64,000 bases of DNA from Dimorphilus gyrociliatus (taxonomy: Eukaryota > Animalia > Annelida): assembly GCA_904063045.1 (NCBI GenBank), contig CAJFCJ010000001.1:3286001-3350000 (forward strand), written 5' to 3'. Each line of letters begins with the position of its first letter. The stretch's first letter is position 1. Under the pieces are notes generated by a model that had not been told where the DNA came from, made no database searches, and saw only the letters and a program-made list of their open reading frames with translations. Positions 13,397 to 27,148 of the stretch are shown piece by piece. The translations under genes and the position numbers were made by a program.

Positions 13397-15295
13397 TGTT
13401 ATAGAGGCGAAGAAAAGAAATTTAATCACGAGTTTCAAGTTTAGTTTATTTATCTTGATTTAATTTATTTTAATCTTTTCATTTTAAGCATAAACTTACC
13501 AAAGACATTCCTCTCCTGCTTTTAGTCTTTATTATATAATTATTCATTAAGATTTTCTATTTAATCTTTCTAATGATAACCCTTTAATTATAAACTTAAA
13601 GGTCTTTTCTAATTACTTTTTTCTCTCATCGTGGCCCTAATTGACTTTGTTTTAATGTAATCAACAATAAAGTGTCTAATCATCCTATTCTAATCTATCT
13701 TAATGACAATTTCTCTTTGTCAAGGTAACGGGATGTTCGTTATTTTGACAACACCTGTCCCCTTTTCGAAGTAACGCGAAAGAAGACATCGGAATTAATT
13801 CGTTATCTTTTCATTTTGTGCACGTTGTTCGATGGTCACTGAAAATTGGGTCAGTCTAAAAGTTGCATCCAGTGGAGGTTGTAAACAATTTTTCTATCAG
13901 TTCCCCTAATTCCAACTATTCGAAAAGGAATAAAATCAAAACATGAAAAAAAGATACCAATCTAAAAATGAAGAAGAATGGATTACGGGTCGTTGGTCCA
14001 ATTAGGTTCTATATATCTACTGCTTTAGAGTTCGTCGTTAATCAAACATGGTTATTCCTTATTTTACTTATGAACATGACAGTACCAAGTAATTCATCTA
14101 GAAAACTTTATCCTCGTAGCTTTAACTTTGATGCTAGAACAAAAAAAAACGTCACAGATAATATAATTTGTAACGCTATCTAAATACATTTGATTCTTGA
14201 AACACTCTGAGTTTTCTTTCTTCTTCTATATCTCATCTAATACAATATAGGGTAGCGTAAAAAGTGAGGATAAAATATATATATAAACTGTCATCTATTG
14301 CAAAAAATGTCCATACATAATAGTATATTTAGACAATTCCTCAAGATTCTCATTGATCTACTACTCCAAGTTATAGAGCAGAGCTGAATAATAAAGATTT
14401 TTTTTCTCTTTTCTACTCTTCTCTGCTCGTTCCTTCTTTTATGAATCGCGCTTTTAAAAAAGAACCAGTAAAAAAAGAAGAGGGCAGTAGGAAGAAGAGA
14501 GGAGAGGAGAGGAGAAGAATGAATAGGATTTTAATTAAAATTATCTAAAAAAAATGGACTAAAGTATGGTTTCTTTCCCCCATCATTTGAATCACTACCA
14601 AGTTTAATAAGTGAAAAGAGGCGGTTAAGTTAGGTTGAGGCGTATTGGTTTGAAGACAATAGAGTGAATATTATCGAAAAGAGGCTTTTTCTTTTTGAAA
14701 ACAAAATTCCTTTTTCTATGCATTCTTCTCCTATTACTATAGACAATAAAGAAAGCTATTCTACAAAAATTCCCCACCTTTCCTTTGTAATACTTCAATA
14801 ATATAACATCAATCGTAATTAGAACCAAATCCTAGTATTTTCTTTAAATTTACGATTCTTATCATTCTAATCTTGCTATTCTCTCTAATTAATATTTGTT
14901 CCATCTTTCGCTTAAAGTATTATATAGTTATCATAAATAATGAAGATGGAGCCAAGAAAGCTGAGGAATATGGAGGAGGCACAGAAAAAATATAAAGGAA
15001 AAAAGAAGATATGGACAAACTGAATAAGTGGAATAGGTCGAAAAATATACTTGAATTTGTTCTTTGTTAATGTCATGTATTTGTTCAACATGACCTGGAT
15101 TATGTCTGGTTGGTTAAACGAATAGGAGAACTTTTTGAATGGAAACATTTCTTCGGGCTTTATTAGAATAGACTCGTAAATTGTATGGCTATAAAGAAAA
15201 TTATTCCTTTACACTGCTATACATTCTTCTGGAAAACAAATTACGACTCACTAGCGACATCTATAATTCGAGCTGCTGTACTATCTATTCTAAGC

Positions 15296-15706
15296 ATGAC
15301 AAGCGAGACGACTGTATTTTTCTTACATGCTGACCAGGACAGAAGTTGGGCAAGAAAAGTTGGAGAAAAACTTAATGAATTATCTATAAATGTCAATTGC
15401 TACTACTCCAACGACGATTTAGATGCATCTCTGGCCCTCTGCCACTCTCATTCTCATTTAAGAAGAGCGAGGAAGGTAATACTTCTCCTGTCTCCAAGCT
15501 TCTTGCAGGTATTTATATTAATATTTCCCTTCTATTTTTTTGTGTATTTATAACCATGCAAAACCCAGGAGGGTAATACTCTATGGAAATTGTCATATAT
15601 CAAAGTCGTCATGGAAATTGGCGCTCATACGCATACGGAATGCAAACGAGATTTTTCCCGCTTCTTAATCAGGCATTGGCGAGAATTTTTTCACAGTAGA
15701 TACTAA
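15296..15706 (+). CDS. Small TIR-domain-only protein (~116 aa; exons 15296-15508 and 15569-15706)
   Basis: MTSETTVFFLHADQDRSWARKVGEKLNE...LRRARKVILLLSPSFLQ matches TIR betaA/alphaA and betaC (VF..H...D..W; ++LLSP.F). A 60-nt GT-AG intron joins in phase 0 to EGNTLWKLSYIKVV...FHSRY*. Confidence 0.65.
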
Positions 15707-18700
15707 TCTGTTACGACCTGCAAGCACATATGTTTAAAATTAACTTTTTTTTTTATGGTAAAAGCGTCTCTTTTTTGTTTTTTTGTTTTGTTTTTCTTAA
15801 TTCTGTACCGTTTCTTTATTTATCTAAAATGAAAAATTAACATTTCTATTTTATTCTTAATGAAAAAATAGTGTTGAAAGTGCCTTTAAAAAAAAAATCT
15901 CCATTACTTTAAAATGCTGTTTCTTGTCCCTTTTCCCATTTCTCTTTTGTTTCATTTAACAATTTTTCATGTTTTGCTTATTTAAACGCAAAAAAAAAGA
16001 CATCACTGATCCAAGAAATATCACTTCTCTCTCATGTTCCTTTTCATCTTTCTGAGCCTAATACACGGTTATACTATTAAAAGATGTCCGTGTTGACGGA
16101 CTTCCAAGGTCCTAATTCCTTTTTCAGGCTTCACCCCTACTACTTTCGTAGCATTTTGTTTATTAGCATTCAATTATCTCATTTTGTTTGGAGGTACTAT
16201 TAAAGATTGCTGGAATGGACAACTCTATTAATTCTTGTGGTAAAGTAAAGCGTTAGAAGGAAACACAGGGAAAGGGAACAGATACATGGTTGGTGAGGCT
16301 AATGCTAATGTAAAGAGTGGTTTATTTTTCATATACGACTATTCCCATTACTATTTTTTCTACAAGAATTTCATTAATGCCAACTACAATCATTCTGACA
16401 ACACTCTTCATAAAAAAGATGTTATTTCCCTAGACTCTGTCCGCTCTTTAAATCCGGAAGTCAATTTCATCTTTACTAAAGTGTATTGGGTTGGATCTTA
16501 GCCTTTAAAGAGAGTTTATCAAAAATTCAAAGTACGTCCCCCTCTCCCCCGATCTGTCTCTTTCTCTCTCTCTCTTTCTCTGCTTATAGCTATCACTTTT
16601 GGTAGGGCGTTTAGTCAGTAGCTCACAGAGGCTGAAATTACAGGAAAAGGAAGTAAGTAATAAATAGGCCTAAATTTACCGATATCCCTACATATATATG
16701 TGAGATACGGCAATATGGGAGAAAGAGCAGAAATCAATAGGCAATGAAAAGTAGCTGATTGATTAAATCTGACACTGACAGCAATTTTACATCTGATTTG
16801 AAAACATCTTAGTTCTATAACTTCCGCTTTCTTTTCATCATTGCTCCTTTTCTCACATTCACCAATAAAGATAAAGAGTGAAAAGACGGGGTAGGGGCTA
16901 AACTCTCTTTTATTCATTGTTAAAAGATGACCTTCAAATAGAGATGCTGCATAGAATTTCTTGATAAGTTTGGGCACATTATGCCATTCGTATTTCTCCA
17001 TTTATTACAACATGGCATTTTCCTGATGGCTTGTTTATAAAAAAAAAAAGTGTTTCTTCTTGTTTTCCTATCATTTTCTTTCTCTTCTAACTTGTTTCTA
17101 TAGATTAATCTCTTTAGACCTTTTTTCTTAGCTATATTAGAACATAAATCAGTCAGCAATTTACTAATGGTTCAACAAACCGTTATAACTATAAATCATT
17201 TTTTTTTTTACAAGTTATCCCCCTCCCTGAGCTTTCTCTTCATCTTGGGGCTTTTCCCTCCGTCTATCTATATGTCTGTCTTTTTTTATTTCCATCTATA
17301 TATATATAAATATATACTGTAGAAATTTATATATATATATATATATATATATGTACTAATTTGTCTATTCTCTTTTCTCACCCTATTCAATCATTCACGT
17401 CAATTATATTTTGCAATCTTCCTACTCTATACAAAAAAGAAACTGGCACAATTTGTAAATGGATGAGCTTATTTAGCTCACCTAAGCGATGATTGTATGA
17501 CCTTCAGAAAAATTATTAGTTGACCTAAAAATGGGATTCTTTTACTTGCTTAGATGATTGATGAATATAAACAAAGAACGCATGATGTTGATCATCCGAT
17601 AGAATAGTTGAGTAGTTGTCTGATTAGGAGTTTATTGTGTAGTAGACTTTTATTCATTTAATCCGGTCGAATGATAATGGGAAGAAAGGGGGGTTAAGGA
17701 AATTATAATTTAGCAGAGGGGAAAAGGTAGAGGGAAAATCTATAAATTAAATTATTGCTACTTAAACGTATGCAAATGGTTTTGTAAAGTTTTTGTTGGT
17801 TTTTCTAGAGTCCCTGGTGCGAATGCGGCCTCCAAGCACTAGCCGATTTATCGACTGAAAATAGGCAATTGCTTCTGGTTATGGTAAAAGAATGTCAACT
17901 GCCAGTCCTACTTTCTCGTATGAGTTTTACGTTTTTCAATTCAATGACGGATGAAAATTGGTGGTCTCTTTTTCTTCAGCATTTTAAATACGGTTCGTGT
18001 TCATTTATCCAATGTTCTTTTTTACTGTAGATTTTTCCATTTAGCTAATTGACTATGATAGAAAAGAATAGGAGAGCGGCTATCGTTTCGTTACATGATA
18101 TTAGTCTCGTTTTAGAGTAAAGCTAAATGATTCAGATTAGGTTAAAGCGGTTTAAAAGCAATCTTAAACTTTAACATTTCTATTTATTGCTTCTATGTCT
18201 TTATTCATCTTTCCTAGTCCTTCTATATCCTCATATTAATATTTACTTAACCTATAACAATAGCTTATAGAAACTATTTAATTCTTTTTTTCTATTGTTC
18301 TTCAATTGTTTGTTTTTTCTTTTTGTTTCGAACAACTGCCCCCTTTTTTTCTTTCATTCCACAAAATAGATGGTTGTTTTATTTTAAAATTGATCACGTA
18401 GCTTGAGCTTTTGGATTAAACGCTTGGGATTCAAGCCACAAAGTAGGATGTGTAACTGTTTTTTTTTCCCTCTTCCTAATGATATTGATTTCTATTGGGA
18501 TGCTTCAAAATTCCGTTTTAATAAATTCTAATTTTGAAAGGAAAAACAATTTCAAAGAAAAGCCTTTTTGTTATTTTACTTTTATTTAAAATCTATTCAT
18601 ATCCTTCCTTCCTCTTTCTTGTTTTCTTCTCTATTCCTTCTCCTTTTCGTATTGTTCAAAGAAATTAACAAAAAGTACGAAATAGCTTGCAGAGCTTTTC

Positions 18701-19489
18701 TTCTATGTTTTTGTGTTTCTCTTTTTATCAAACTATAATTTATTATGATAATTTATTATTTTTAACTGTCGTCTAGTTAAATTGAAATATTTTGCAGTGC
18801 AACTGCAATTCCCAAATTGTACCGAGGGGCGTAGCTTTTGTAAATAACATTATTATTTGATCTGCTTCTTTGTATTTATATTAAAGAAAAGAATACTGTG
18901 TAAGTAGTATATAAACATTAATTTTATTCTATTGTCCTCATCAAACATACTATTCTCCAATCAACAACAAAAATAAAAGTAAAAGAGCTTTAATTTTAAA
19001 CTTCAACCTTATTTTTCACCTTATCCAATTTTCCGGATCATTTCCTGCTTAATCCTTGTCCGAACGTTGACCGATCCCATTGCTCTAGAAAAACAGCTAT
19101 GTCTACAATATTTAGAAATTAGTTTATCCGTCAACAATGTCCAACAAACAAACTAGGAAAAACAAATAAAATACAAAAGGAAAAGGGAATTTAAGATTCA
19201 TTCGCAAAGATTAACGATTTAAAAGAGAAGTAGTGATGATTGAACAACGTTAACGTACAAGAAAAAGTAATTAAGGGAAGGTTTCCTATGTCCTTCCAGG
19301 AAGGGAGCAAAGAAAGAAACAATATTAGCTAATTTAAGATATCGAGTATCGGAATTGTTGATGGTTTGTCGATATGCATCTGCTTTCGAGTTTACTTCTC
19401 AGAAAATTACCCTCTGCTTTCTTATAAACAAACCCTTTTCTTATCTGATGCTGGCTAAACACCAATATTTATTAAAAAGAGCGAGGAAA

Positions 19490-19520
<31 letters not shown>

Positions 19521-20884
19521 TAGTTAGACACGAAAAAGGAAGATGAGAAATTTATGGAAACAGTGAGAATAGAGGCAATTTAAGAAGTAATTATTATTAT
19601 GGTATTTAATATATACAATCTGGATAATTAAAAAGTAATTTTATGGAATAAGAGGGAAGCCCTTTTAAGTAGAAAAAAAGGAGCACCGTAGGCTAACGTC
19701 TCATTAAGAAATTCCTATAAAGCTAATTTGAAGGGAACTAGCAATTTTGTTAATGTTATTCATTAAGAGGTCGATTTAATAGTAGGGGAAAAAAACACAA
19801 CAATAGATTAATGTATTTTTCTTCATCATTTATTAGTAGAGTATCAGACATAGTATTTTATCCATTTTGTTACAATTTGAATCAATTTCACTATTTTTAG
19901 CATCAAATATATTACAGCAAAGATATTTTTCTCTCTACTCATGAAATATTCATTTTTTTATAAGAAAAAGAGAGAAAAGAAAGAGGGAAAGTGAGAAAGA
20001 AAGAGACAGAGAGAGAGAGAGAGAGAGAGACAGGCAGACAGACAGAGACTGAGAGAATAAAAAGATAGAAGAGTAGAAACTGTAGAAAAAGAAATATAAA
20101 TAGGTTAAAGTGGAGAAAAAAGGCAAAAAAAAACATTAATTCGGATTTCATAGTCTTTTAAGCATTTGAAGCGGAAAGAAGTAAATTATTGTAAAATTCT
20201 CAAAAAGCTTTAAAGTTCTTAATAATCGTATAAAATTCTATACTTTATGTCAATATTCGATTATTAGGCTTGCTTTTCTATTTGCATTCAAGAATATTGA
20301 ACTTTTTATATATTGAATATAGAAAACAAAAGGTTAAGTAGTTAAAAATTGAATAATCTTATTAGTAAAAGAGGGAAATTCATTTTCTTTTTTCTCTCTC
20401 TCTCTCTCTCTCTCTCTTTATGTTAATCAGTCTTGCTACTTTCTCTCAATCAAACTTTTCCCCCAATCATGACATATGTTCGAATAAAAATCAAAAAAAA
20501 AACGATTTACATATAGACTGCGCCCTAATAGTCGCTTCCATTCTATACGCATCTCATGGACATGGCATATATGTTTATAAATGAATCATTTATTAAGTAG
20601 TAATTATTCGTATAGAAACGTTCTACTACTAATCTAGTTGGTCAAAATAAAAATTTTAGCTTGTTTTTGTTTCTTCGATTATAAATCATCGTTATTTTAT
20701 TCACGTTCAAACTAAAACTTTCCATACAAACAACTAAAGAATTTATTGCGTAATTAAATTTTGTCTTTAATTGTTTTTCCATTCAATTTGATTTATTTAT
20801 ATTTCTCTCTTTTGAATTGAAATAATTGAATTTTCTTTTTTTTTTCCTTTTATTCATAATTTCTCTTTTTCTCTTTTTGAACAG

Positions 20885-22106
20885 ATTCAACTAAATTTGG
20901 TCAAAATGTTACTGAAAAGAGTTTTACGCTTGATAAATCAAAGAACGGTCTTCTTGTTCATAGTATTAAGTCTACTTGCAATTGGTGCGGTGGCGAGTAC
21001 GTTAAGCATTCGACCTTACCGCAACATCTGCAATTACCCGCTGAAGAATATCAACAGGCAATAAGATACTTAATGCATCAGCCAAAATTTCGTTGGCATT
21101 CATTCTGCTATAATTCCGTCTTTGCTTGTGTGTTCTTTTCTGTACTTTTACTTTTATTTTTCCTTTTGGTACCCATCATTGAGAGCTGCGTCTCAAATAC
21201 GGCAATAATTGAAACATCCCTCTTGCACGCTGGCGTTCTTTGGTCTTGTTTTTTAGCCTTTTATATGGGTGTGTCCGGCCTAACTAAAAGAAAGGTAATA
21301 AAACCAGCTTTGTTCACTATTTTTACTCAATTTACTACTTCCTTTCTATTCCAGTTTAAACGCGACACCTATAGGCATTTGGGTAAAGTTAATTCCATCA
21401 CAATGAAACACGACATTTTAGTTTGTATTGAAAACTTAGGATTGACAGATTGGAACAAATATTACGTTAGTTAAGTCTTACAAGGCTTTAAATAAACTAA
21501 CAAGTTGTGTATATATATCTGTATATATATTCAAAACAGCTGCATTTCTTCTATTATCAATCATCCTACTGCCTGGTAGGTATATCAAAAAGTATATATG
21601 TAATTATAAGGTATATAAATCATTCGCGTATTTAATATTCATAAGCCTTATAAATATTCATGATGAGGCTACATCAATTAATTCTTAATTTATCGTATCG
21701 TTTCGTATCTAAACCCTGCTATATAGTGTTTGTAAATTGAAATAGAGGAGAATGTTATAAAGTATATTTCCCATTATACGAAACCTTTTTAGTTTAGTAT
21801 ATATATTAAGAAATTAAATAATACCTACAGGAGTATTTAGAAGAAACCCTGCTTAGTTCAAAAGAATTAACGGAAATCTCCCAAGATGGTTCTTGTCACG
21901 TAATTCAAATGAGTGAACGGCAACCTATAATGTCAAATACTAAACGTCAATCCGACGCCGAAAGACTGATCTTAAACCACAGCGCTGAATATTTGAATAT
22001 GTTAATTACGAGAAAATTGGAAAAGGTGACGTTAGAAAGACATATCAAGAGCTTCCCTTGTCTTTGCCAGTATATAGAAATTAAGGTGTTTAAAAGGTTT
22101 ATTTAA
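20885..22106 (+). CDS. TMEM268: TMEM268-like membrane protein, 5' exon not located (exons 20885-21294, 21355-21465, 21540-21575, 21831-22106)
   Basis: NGLLVHSIKSTC, LQLPAEEYQQAIRYLMHQPKFR, two hydrophobic helices, LHFFYY..YCL and C-terminal YLNMLITRKL...RH...PCLCQYIE parallel the motif order I recall for vertebrate TMEM268. Phase-0 GT-AG junctions join in frame. Confidence 0.7.
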
Positions 22107-22461
22107 TATACTGTATAATATCTATATATAGACAGTATACATTACACATATTACTTGTTATGCCAACCTAAAAATGAAAAAAACCCGAAATAAACTGAAC
22201 CAAAATGATTATTTAAATAGGTCATATAGTAATAAACATTCGTTACTATCATTCTTATTACATTAATAAAAAATCAAACGTTAAGAACAGAAAGAACTAT
22301 TATTAAATAAGATACACTCGAAAATGTTTTCTTTAATAGATGGCGTTGTGGATGGAAGGTCTGTATTTTCTTAATTCTATTATACCTTAATAAGTTTCGT
22401 GATGGTGTTGATTCGTTGACGCTAAAGTTTGATCATAAAGAAATTAAATAAAGTGAGAGAA

Positions 22462-22492
<31 letters not shown>

Positions 22493-23106
22493 TCGATAGG
22501 CGAAGAAAGAACAGAAATAGAAGAAAAATATAGAGACAATCAAATTTATCAGCTCTTATCTATCTATTCTTATCTAAATATCTAGCGATTACGTAATCCA
22601 AGTTTTTCATTCCATTTTCACTATATAAGCATTACAAAATACAAAATTTAACTTAAGTATTTTGTTAGGTAATTAGACGCCTATTGGCCTTTTTTCTAGA
22701 CAAAACACGTACAAAATCCATCGTGTATGTATTAGTAATAAACGTTAATAAATATTTAAAAAGAGGTTATTATTGATTAAAGTAAAGATTTTACAAAGAG
22801 AAGAGATGATAGAGGTAATAACTGTGCACATAGCTTGAATGAATATTACACTTTATAGTTGAGAATTTTTACTTAAGAATGAACTTCGTAACCTTTTTCT
22901 TGCTTAGGCAACAAAAAAAAAAATACTCTGCTTAAACCTTTGATCCCCTAAGCCTAAATTAAACTTTGGTCAGATAATAACGCGGCCTCAACATTTACAC
23001 GTCGACAACTTGATAGCATTCTACTCCCGGGATATCCTTTGTTCGGAATTTAAGAACCACTTTTATTTCTATTGCTCATATTTATATAATTATTATTATT
23101 TAAATA

Positions 23107-25286
23107 ATGAGATATGTAAAACTGGTTCTCTTTCGAATGCTTCGATTCTTTAGAACAAAAATTGGATTATCTCTACTTGCACTGATAATTATTCTATTAA
23201 CTGTATTTTTATATATAAAGACTGAGAGTGACTTACAAGAGAATGAGTCCAAGTATGAATTTGAAAGAGAAGTACATTTACTTCAAGAGAAAAGGATTAA
23301 AGCCAGTAAAGAAAGACATAAAACAAAATTAGACGAAATGAAATGTTACCTTCCGGTCTTTACTAGGAATATTTTATCCCCTACCAACAAGACTCCTGCA
23401 ATAAATTCTTGTCAAGAATTATTTAAACCTCTTGTTTTTCTGAAAGCATCCTTTCAATCAGGCTCTCAAGAATGTAAGTTGTCCGTTTTTGAGTTTCAAC
23501 CAGCAGATAAATATACTAAAAAGCCTATAATGACCTTGACAAAGAAAAATTATACGGATAGTTTCAAAGAATTGAAAAGTGATATATTCGAAATAGAATG
23601 TGATAAGCAGAATAAAGATGAGAGTAAAAACCACCCAAAGGACACTAGAATGGAAGAAAACGTACCAAAAAGTCATATATTTATTAATGTACAACCAAAA
23701 AACATTAGTACAAAGGCGAAGAATTTCAATATTCTTCTTCTGACATTGGAAAGCCTATCTAGAGATGAATTTGTTAGGAATTTCATTCAAACATTTTCGT
23801 ATTTGAGAAGCAAACGTTTGAAATCACAGCTTCTGTACGGCTATCAAGCATCGGTAGACGTACTTGATACTGTTTTACCTTTGTTGACAGGTAATCAATT
23901 TCTTTCAATATATTTTGTTAAGTACTGTATATACTGTACATTGTATATAGTTTATACTATATATATATATGTATTTCAATCAAACTATTGTATTTAGGAT
24001 ATAGTACCAAAAAGGCCATGGAGTTTGTTGGTAAAAATCAAGCATCTTTGGCAGACAGTCTACCATTTATATGGAATATTTTTGAACAGCAAAATTACGT
24101 CACACTATTTGCGGAAGATAATGAAAAGAAGACGGTTTTTGAAGAAAAATTGAATGGGTAATACTATTTAAATACATACAAGAATTTCTGCGCATATTAT
24201 CCTTTATCTGTTCTAGATTTGAAGAAAGTCCAGTTAATCATTATATGAAACCATTTTGGTCTATTCATGACAATATTGCTAGTGAATGTCGTCATAACCA
24301 TATATTTCAATATATTCAAGATATGTTTGAAATGTATCCTATTGTTCAGCCAAAATTTGCTGCAGCTTTAATTAAGGCTGAAACTAATATGAGAAATGTG
24401 GATGATTCTCTGGTAAATATGTTGAAATCAATTGAAAAACATCTTGATAAAACTCTGATAATAATAACTTCTACAAACTCTAATAAAATGGTTTGTATTA
24501 TTTGATCTTCTTCTATCTTTTATACAGTATATATGTGACATTTATGCTTATTCTAAATATAGCCAATAACTATGGAAGATGAAGTTGGAAAAAGATCACC
24601 TTTATTACTTGTTAAACCTCCAAAAGATTACTTTACAAATCAATCGAGAAGCATCAATAATTTACAAGAAAATTCTGAAGTTCTTGTCTCACCTTACGAT
24701 GTTCACGCAACTTTATACGATATTGCTGAACCTTTTAAGCATAGCACAGACAATTCCGCGGTCAGTCTCTTTCACAAGATTCCATTGAGATCTTGTAAAG
24801 ACATTAAAATATCGGAAGAACATTGTAGTTGTATACGTTATGGAAAGGAAACGGAAAAAGGTTTAAGCAATAAATTCCAACAAATCATAGTTGACGAAAT
24901 AAACGAAAAGCTTAAAGAATACACCGATATTTGCTCAATGCATTCAACAAATAGAGTTATTAAATCAACACAGTTAATCCTTAATAAGGTAGGTTATCAT
25001 ATTCATAAACATAAATAATAAGTATATAATTACTAAAATCGAATTCTGATTAAATCAACAGATGGCGCAAAATCTTGATAGTGAATATCACGAAATAGAA
25101 ATTGAGACTAATCCGCACAAAGCTCAATACAATTCAATAGTGGAGTTTAATAAAAAACTATCAAAGATAAGTTTAATAAATGATATTGTAAGGATAAATT
25201 CAAAAAGAAATCAAGCCAATTGCGTCATTGAAAAAGATCGTAGTCTAAGACCTTTTTGTGTGTGTAAACCAAAGAGAGATCCTTAA
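23107..25286 (+). CDS. DUF229-family type II membrane protein (sulfatase/alkaline-phosphatase-like fold), about 5 exons, ~630 aa
   Basis: N-terminal TM helix (IGLSLLALIIILLTVFLYI). Family motifs NILLLTLESLSRDEF, LPFIWNIFEQQNYVTLFAED, G|FEESPVNHYMKPFW, LENLQENSEVLVSPYDVHATL-like and EEHCSC. Short GT-AG introns. Confidence 0.85.
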
Positions 25287-25649
25287 AGACTGGATTATTT
25301 ATAGACTTGTATTATTTCAACTGAACAAATTATTAATATTGTTAGTGTTCTTTGTGTTAATTTAATTATTATAAAATACAAATTAAACTATTTAAAATGA
25401 GTTATTCATCATACTCTGCTAATCTTCTCTCTTGTTTCCCTCATTTTCTAATCAATTATAGAAGATGCTAAAGAAGAAGAATACATACAAGTATTGAATA
25501 ATTAGCTCATTTCCTTAGCGAATTGATAAAATAGGTTAAAACTGTTTTAAAAACTCTATCAAGTTGGATTCAGAAACTTTGACGTATGTACCACAATGGC
25601 GTCGATTCAATTTATAAATAAGATCTCATGAGAACTGGAACTGTAACAC

Positions 25650-25900
25650 CTAATATTTCAAATGGAGTCTTTGGAACAGAACGTGCTCCTCGCTCCAAAT
25701 AGAGTAGCAAAAGTGAAATAAACTTTCGTCTCCTGTACCCCATAGATGAAGGCAGACTTTGTAATCAACGCTATGTCATATAAGATAATAATACTGCGTG
25801 TGGGAAAATTTTCATTTTATACTTGTCAAACAGAATATATTTATCCTTCATCAGCTCCAAATGCACTTGGATATAGTCGGCAATTTTCAAATCGTTCTAC
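25650..25900 (-). mobile_element. Possible decayed RTE-type LINE reverse-transcriptase C-terminal fragment
   Basis: A frameshifted reading gives RLYPSAFGA/LMKDKYILFDKYKMKIFPHAVLLSY, resembling the AFG.L...W....K++I+...VLS.LLYG segment of RTE RTs. Weak, by eye. Confidence 0.3.
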
Positions 25901-26009
25901 AGATATTACACAACCTTACCACAAAATATCTTCTAGATAAGCGTTTTCAATAGTAATACCTTCTCACTCACCCTCTCAATATAAATCTACGAATTTGTCC
26001 TCTTACTTG

Positions 26010-26263
26010 TAACCCATTGGCTCAGGAAACTGGCTGTAAAAACATGTACAATTGATACAACTGCTACAACAGTTACAACAAAGAACAAATACACAGTTTG
26101 CAATGCTGATTACACTCTCAACAATGTTGATAAATGCATTCAATGTTCTCAATCTGGAACAATTTATTCAGAATGTACGACAAATGAAAAGCAAATAAAT
26201 TGTTTACAATTTGAATGCGGATCTAATGTATTGAAAAATAACGATCTTAAATGTAAATGTTGC
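26010..26263 (+). pseudogene. Orphan decayed fragment of exon 9 of a copy-B-like surface-protein gene
   Basis: Aligns by eye to 41335-41585 (aaactgg.tgtaaaa.catgtaca.ttgatacaact...ctctcaacaatg...tgtttacaattt.gatg.ggatctaa). It has indels and several lost cysteines. Confidence 0.8.
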
Positions 26264-26279
26264 AGTAGACATTATTATA

Positions 26280-26697
26280 GTGTTTCAAGATATATCAAAA
26301 ATGATGCGAAACGGATAATATCATCCCAAAACTGTGTACATTGAGTCACTGGTCCTTTGCCATACGAAAAGGCAAATACCTATCACGAAAGGAAGATATT
26401 TGCTACTGCAATAATCATATATACGGAAACACTTGTTCATAGTGTGAGATGCTTATCGAGTGACGTTTTAAAGAAAGTTGAACAGCGAACGCTTTTAAAA
26501 TTTCAAGAAGAGATAATGGAAACCAACATTTAGTTCCTCTTAATACGTCTTAGTATATGCATTATATACGTTTGGAGAAACAAGTTAGATAAAGGTCAGT
26601 ATAAAGATTTGGCACGATTAAAACAGGTTCCGGAAGATTGGCTAGGATTAAGGTTGAGATCTATTCTCCCATACCTACCCAAATATTATACTATATA
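26280..26697 (+). mobile_element. Possible decayed RTE-type LINE RT C-terminal fragment
   Basis: One frame runs ~135 codons with two stops: RKIFATAIIIYTETLV...KKVEQRTLLKFQ...YVWRNKL...LARLKQVP...RLRS. This resembles the KI+...LLYG.ETW...LE.FQ...I.WRDK...RLRW tail of RTE RTs. Confidence 0.4.
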
Positions 26698-27148
26698 ATC
26701 TGCAACAAACTAGTCTGAAGCTATTTTCTAAGAAGATAAAAGATTTTTCATTTCATTTCTTGTTTAATATGTTTTATTACTGGGTTATACTTCTTCTTCC
26801 ATTAAATCTCATTCAATAAGAAGAATGCAAAATCTGATATATAGAAAAATCAATCGACGAGAACAGATCAAAACTTAGATCAAAGGCCTTCCTTTAAACT
26901 ATCTATTCTATTAATAATTGTTATAGTAACAGGTAGACAGGCCTCTAAAAACTAATCAATAAAGTAAATCACGACAGCCCCGTTCCCCAATAAAGAAAGT
27001 CAACCGCTTTAGAAATTCTTTCTTGGATATTCATACTGTATCGTTTCTAAATTGGATTCTGAATTAGAAAGTTGAAAGATTTGTTTGTTTGTTTATTTTA
27101 TTTACAAAAGAAAACGATCTATTTAGTTGATACTTCGAGGAGATTTCA

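Noticed and set aside
15010-15166. Possible second degenerate TIR start (HVFVQHDLDYVWLVKRIGELFE) upstream of the TIR gene
   Set aside because: Short, bounded by stops, no splice support; the resemblance could be chance.
16615-17159. Minus-strand ORFs of 128 and 79 aa
   Set aside because: No recognisable domain or consistent splice sites; cannot be supported as a gene.
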